Source: a bacterium (GTDB taxonomy: Bacteria > RBG-13-61-14 > DATKZS01). From it: a stretch of DNA of 19,736 nt. Every line of letters starts with the position of its first letter. Position 1 is the first letter of the stretch. This document shows positions 16,414 through 19,736 of the stretch, piece by piece. A model generated the notes under the pieces. The model was not told the DNA's origin, did not search any database, and was given only the letters and a program-made list of their open reading frames with translations. The stretch is from the NCBI GenBank assembly GCA_046484135.1, contig JAWOBU010000015.1:1-19736 (forward strand), given 5' to 3'. Made by a program: the position numbers and the translations under genes.

Positions 16414-16995
16414 TCAGGGGTTCTGGCCGGCCAGGCTTTTTAGGTAGCGGATCACCGAGGAATGACTCCAGTCGGCTGCTCCGGGAAAGGCCTGCCTGAC
16501 TTTTCCGTCCGGTCCGATTATATAGGTCATGGGATAGGACCGGACCTGGTAGAGCCTCTCCACGCGGGAGTCCTTGTCCAGCAGCACCGGGAAATCCAGG
16601 TCGTACTCGTTTTTTATCTCTTGAGCTCTGGCCTTTGGCCCGGATGTAACGGCAAGGATATGCAAAGACTCGGCCGGCATGGACTCGTACAACTTCTGGA
16701 AAGCGGGCATCTCCACGATGCAGGGCGCGCAGGAAGGGCTCCAGAAGTTTATGATCACCGGCTTTCCCTTGAGCGCGGACAGGGAATAGCTTTCCCCTTC
16801 CAGGGAGGGCAGGGTAAAGTCCGGGGCTTTCATGTCCTGGGCCTGCCCACCCTGGCCCGTTGAGTGCCCGGACCCGCCTGAAGTCTGCGGCAGCGGAGGG
16901 GGAGGCAAGTGTTCCGGCGGGCCGCTTGCGGAAAGATACACCAGAAGACCCAGACAGATTACGATTACAGCGAACAGACCAACCTTTTTCTCCAT
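16414..16995 (-). CDS. TlpA/ResA-like thiol-disulfide redoxin, 193 aa
   Basis: TM helix, Pro/Gly linker, 'APDFTL', 'GKPVIINFWSPSCAPC..EMP', 'FPVLLD', 'YPMT', 'GAADW'. Confidence 0.9.
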   Translation of the reverse strand: MEKKVGLFAVIVICLGLLVYLSASGPPEHLPPPPLPQTSGGSGHSTGQGGQAQDMKAPDFTLPSLEGESYSLSALKGKPVIINFWSPSCAPCIVEMPAFQKLYESMPAESLHILAVTSGPKARAQEIKNEYDLDFPVLLDKDSRVERLYQVRSYPMTYIIGPDGKVRQAFPGAADWSHSSVIRYLKSLAGQNP

Positions 16996-17014
16996 TTAAG
17001 CACTCACCTTTAAC

Positions 17015-17536
17015 CTACTCGCTATAGTGCAGGATCGAGTACACCGGGAAGCCTCCCAGCTTCTCCCTGCCGTTTAAAAAATCCAGCTCGATCAAAAAAG
17101 CATACTCCATGACCTCGCCGCCGCACTGCTTGACAAGCTCGGCCACCGCCCGGGCTGTGCCGCCAGTGGCAAGAAGGTCGTCTATCACCACCACCCGCTC
17201 GCCCGAGCATACCTGGTCCCGGTGCATCTCGACCTCGTCCAGGCCGTACTCGAGCTCGTAAGACGCGGTAACCGTCTCCCACGGAAGCTTGCCTTTCTTC
17301 CGCACCGGAGTAAGCCCCACACCAAGAACGTAAGACAAGGCTCCCCCGAAGATAAAACCGCGCGCGTCAATCGCCACCAGCCGGTCCGGCTTGTTTTTCT
17401 CATATCGTTCCGCCAGGTGGTCCACCACCCTTTGAAAGGCGGCCGGCTCGGAGAGCAGGGTGGTTATATCGTAGAAAAGAATCCCCTCTTTGGGAAAGTC
17501 CGGTACCTGCCGAATGGACTTCTTCAAATCTTCCAT
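17015..17536 (-). CDS. apt: Adenine phosphoribosyltransferase, 173 aa
   Basis: ATG at 17536 with SD AAGGAGG. 'IR.VPDFPK.GI.F.DIT', 'ARGF', 'RK.GKLP', 'Y.LEYG', 'VIDDLLATGGT'. Confidence 0.97.
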   Translation of the reverse strand: MEDLKKSIRQVPDFPKEGILFYDITTLLSEPAAFQRVVDHLAERYEKNKPDRLVAIDARGFIFGGALSYVLGVGLTPVRKKGKLPWETVTASYELEYGLDEVEMHRDQVCSGERVVVIDDLLATGGTARAVAELVKQCGGEVMEYAFLIELDFLNGREKLGGFPVYSILHYSE

Positions 17537-17584
17537 AAACCTTCCTCCTTGTTCCTGGAAACTTTTTCCCAATCGGATTAACTG

Positions 17585-18487
17585 CTACCGGGACAGATAA
17601 TAACCGGGATCAGCGGGTTTTTCACCCACCCGGACCTCGAAGTGAAGATGACAGCCGGTGGCACGGCCAGTCTTTCCCACCTCCGCTATCTTCTGGCCCC
17701 GCTTGACGATCTCGCCGGTCCCGACCAGGTTCCTGCTGTTGTGGGCGTAAACCGTGGAGATGTTGCCGGCGTGCTTTATGATGATCATGTTGCCGTAGCC
17801 ACGGATGGTGTCGTCCGAGTACACCACTTTCCCGTCGTCAGCGGCTACCACCCGCGAGCCGCGCGGAGCCGATATGTCAATCCCCTCGTGCATCCGGCCG
17901 TCCCGGTTTCCATAGCCGGAAGATACCTTGCCGCCCGGCACCGGGAAAAGCAGGTCGACGTGTTTAGTCGGAGGAGAGTTTTGGTCCCGTCTTCCTCCCC
18001 CGCTTCCCGGACTTGCCCGCGGCACCGTCTTTACGCCTTCCGCCCCGGGTATCCATATCTTCTGCCCCACCGAAAGACGCCCCGGGTCGCTGATACGGTT
18101 TACGCGGGAGACCTCTTTTATGTCAGCGCCGTAAGTATGGCAGATGCGCCATAAGGTCTGACCCTTCTTGACGGTGTGATATACTCCCTTGCCATGGCCG
18201 GCCCGGGAACCCTCCCCTTCCTTTTCATCCTTGTCGCGCCGGAGCCAGTTGTGGCCCTCATCGGAGCTTCTACCCCGCTTATTACTCTCCTCTTCCCTCT
18301 CCCGGCTTTGCTTCTTGATGGTACAGATAAGACCGCATCTTTCCCCGTCCTCGGAGCTGTTCTTTTTTGCGGTTTTCTCCTGATCGCCCGACCGGGGAGC
18401 ACGCTTGACACAGGCGGGAGCGAAAAGGAACAGGGCGGCTCCTAAAGCCAGAACCCGTAATCCACAGTAGCGCCCGCCTTTTTGCAT
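17585..18487 (-). CDS. NlpD-like lipoprotein with LysM and M23 peptidase domains, 300 aa
   Basis: Lipobox FAPA-C (Cys26), LysM 'HTVKKGQTLWRI...YG...N.I..P..L.VGQ.I.IP', and M23 motifs 'HEGID', 'YAHN', 'HLHFE'. Confidence 0.9.
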   Translation of the reverse strand: MQKGGRYCGLRVLALGAALFLFAPACVKRAPRSGDQEKTAKKNSSEDGERCGLICTIKKQSREREEESNKRGRSSDEGHNWLRRDKDEKEGEGSRAGHGKGVYHTVKKGQTLWRICHTYGADIKEVSRVNRISDPGRLSVGQKIWIPGAEGVKTVPRASPGSGGGRRDQNSPPTKHVDLLFPVPGGKVSSGYGNRDGRMHEGIDISAPRGSRVVAADDGKVVYSDDTIRGYGNMIIIKHAGNISTVYAHNSRNLVGTGEIVKRGQKIAEVGKTGRATGCHLHFEVRVGEKPADPGYYLSR

Positions 18488-18558
18488 CCCGCCTCTCCCG
18501 CTTTCATGACCGGCAGGTTTTTTATAAAGAACTTTCTCCTGACTTTTAAAACCGGCCT

Positions 18559-19062
18559 TTACTCAACGCTTCGTCTTCTTGGTTCCGCAGCTTCCAGCGC
18601 CAGCTTCACGGCTTCGTCCGCGTCTTCGGCTTTGATGATATCAGGGCCCATCTCCCAGCTATGCAATGATACCACCGGCTTGCCCGTTTTCCGGGCCAGC
18701 GCGATCTCCGAAAGCGTGCCGTAACCGCCGGAGATTGCGATCACGGCAAGAGCGGAATGAACGATGACCGCGTTCCGGGACTCCCCCAAGTTGGTCGCCA
18801 CGGCCACCTTTACAAAACGGTTCGCATCCAGCAAGCTCCCGCCCGGCAGTATACCCACTGTAAGACCGCCCGCCTCAAAAGCGCCCCGGCAGGAAGCCTC
18901 CATCACGCCCTCCAAACCGCCGCAAATAACAACCGCGCCCGCACGCGCCAACCCCTCTCCAACCCGACGCGCAAGCTCCGCGGTCTCACCCTCGCAATCA
19001 CCAGCACCGCAAACAGCGATATTCAACCTGCCGGCTTCCAAAGCTAAATGATCCATTATCAT
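18559..19062 (-). CDS. TIGR00725 family (LOG/Rossmann-fold nucleotide-binding) protein, ~167 aa (start ATG 19062 or 19056)
   Basis: 'IAV.GAG', 'A..VG..LA..G....CGG..GVMEA...GA...GG.TVGILPG', 'RN', 'GGYGTLSEIALA...GKPVV'. The track's upstream extension to 19167 is not family-like. Confidence 0.88.
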   Translation of the reverse strand: MIMDHLALEAGRLNIAVCGAGDCEGETAELARRVGEGLARAGAVVICGGLEGVMEASCRGAFEAGGLTVGILPGGSLLDANRFVKVAVATNLGESRNAVIVHSALAVIAISGGYGTLSEIALARKTGKPVVSLHSWEMGPDIIKAEDADEAVKLALEAAEPRRRSVE

Positions 19063-19251
19063 ATGATACCTTACTTCCCGCCTTGTTGTCCATAGCAACA
19101 TCGCAACAGCTTTACCGAACAGCTCGAACAAAAAGGAAAGTTGAGCGCGTCTCTTGCATGACCGCACCTAACCCGCCGAGCTCCCCGCCGCAAAACATGA
19201 AGCCCGCCCTTCCCGACACCGCGTGCTTTCCGGGCCCGGGCCTCTCGCCCC

Positions 19252-19280
19252 TTGACTTCGCATCCTTATGGTGCTACATT
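19252..19280 (+). promoter_or_regulatory. Sigma70 promoter of tRNA-Lys
   Basis: TTGACT (19252-19257), 17-nt spacer ending in TG-n, TACATT (19275-19280), 24 nt upstream of the tRNA. Confidence 0.65.
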
Positions 19281-19304
19281 CATATTCCCGTTAACTTCTC
19301 ACAC

Positions 19305-19380
19305 GGGCCGTTAGCTCAACTGGCAGAGCAACTGACTCTTAATCAGTGGGTTCGGGGTTCGAGTCCCTGACGGCCCACCA
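19305..19380 (+). tRNA. tRNA-Lys (anticodon CTT)
   Basis: 76-nt cloverleaf: acceptor GGGCCGT/ACGGCCC, D-arm GCTC/GAGC, anticodon stem ACTGA/TCAGT with loop CT-CTT-AA (CTT at 19338-19340), T-loop TTCGAGT, encoded CCA. Confidence 0.97.
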
Positions 19381-19425
19381 CTTATACTTTCCAGGACGTC
19401 CAATAACCTTCATTTCGTCCAATAA

Positions 19426-19438
19426 AATCAATGAGTTG
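19426..19438 (+). promoter_or_regulatory. IHF binding site in the att region
   Basis: AATCAATGAGTTG matches WATCAANNNNTTR exactly and sits between the tRNA and the integrase arm repeats. Confidence 0.65.
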
Positions 19439-19475
19439 GCCAGCCATCCCGTCCAGGATCATCCCAAGAATTCCC

Positions 19476-19504
19476 TTGACATGCCAACATTTTGTTGGTA
19501 TTAT
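19476..19504 (+). promoter_or_regulatory. Integrase promoter (sigma70)
   Basis: TTGACA (19476-19481), 17-nt spacer, TATTAT (19499-19504). Confidence 0.65.
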
Positions 19505-19534
19505 TGTGGGCATCGTGAAAGGTGCTGTTGGTAT
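19481..19534. repeat. Putative integrase arm-type binding repeats, consensus TGTKGGYAT
   Basis: Inverted copy ATGCCAACA (19481-19489) and direct copies TGTTGGTAT (19493-19501), TGTGGGCAT (19505-19513), TGTTGGTAT (19526-19534). The last two are both followed by CGTG. Confidence 0.65.
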
Positions 19535-19582
19535 CGTGTATTGGAACGTGGGTGTGAATCCCGGGCGAAAGGAAGGTGGGTC

Positions 19583-19736
19583 ATGAAGCTATCGGATGCC
19601 AAGGTAAGGAACGCAAAGCCGTCTGAAAAATCCTACAAGCTGGGCGACGGACAGGGTTTGTTCTTATTCGTAAGCACGACCGGCGCCAAGTCGTGGCGGT
19701 TCTCTTATCGCTTTTCCGGCAAGCAAAAGACTCTAA
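19583..19736 (+). CDS. P4-family tyrosine integrase, N-terminal arm-DNA-binding domain (truncated by window end)
   Basis: My translation: MKLSDAKVRNAKPSEKSYKLGDGQGLFLFVSTTGAKSWRFSYRFSGKQKTL..., the hallmark N-terminus of P4-like integrases (L.D..VR.AKP..K.YKL.DG.GL.L.V...G.K.WR..YR..GKQK.L). Purine-rich SD upstream. Confidence 0.92.
   Translation, partial: MKLSDAKVRNAKPSEKSYKLGDGQGLFLFVSTTGAKSWRFSYRFSGKQKTL

Larger units (their letters stand above)
19381..19736 (+). mobile_element. Left junction (attL side) of a tRNA-integrated P4-type genomic island/prophage satellite; continues beyond the window
   Basis: tRNA 3' end followed by a more AT-rich spacer with an IHF consensus and arm-type repeats, then a co-oriented P4-family integrase. 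Confidence 0.8.

Noticed and set aside
19083..19370. 95-aa ORF on the plus strand
   Set aside because: Runs through the tRNA promoter and the tRNA gene itself.
19389..19538. CRISPR array interpretation of the repeats after the tRNA
   Set aside because: Repeats are only 7-13 nt with irregular short spacing and no cas genes are present. They fit att-site architecture.

Overview
GC-rich bacterial chromosomal segment, probably from a 'deltaproteobacterial' lineage (Desulfobacterota/Myxococcota-like; inferred from gene content and order only). Left to right it contains: the 3' end of pal with its terminator; a minus-strand membrane operon (YfhO-type GT-C protein, a translationally coupled orphan, and an LPG-synthase/UPF0104 flippase-like protein); divergently, two GT9 heptosyltransferase-like genes and a DUF4254 protein with a histone-H1-like tail; a promoter followed by a small double-zinc-finger (VegA-like) gene, a PpiC-type foldase, surA and pdxA; then rimI, pyrK, pyrD and a gamma-carbonic-anhydrase-family gene. 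Next come an unusual minus-strand gene (integrase SAM-like N-domain with no catalytic domain, fused to a probable winged-helix region), an M20 DapE/ArgE-like hydrolase, and a minus-strand run of TIGR00725, an nlpD-like LysM/M23 lipoprotein, apt and two TlpA redoxins. The window ends with tRNA-Lys(CTT) and the left junction of a P4-type integrative element (IHF consensus, short repeats, arm-type repeats over the integrase promoter, 5' end of the integrase). Two dispersed copies of a REP-like 25-mer lie in intergenic regions. Most of the window is housekeeping. The best candidates for something undescribed are the SAM-like fusion gene, the envelope-glycosylation cluster (GT-C/orphan/flippase plus GT9 pair, one with Asp->Asn at the catalytic position, plus DUF4254) and the island starting at the right edge. 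All family assignments come from recognised motifs, not database searches.
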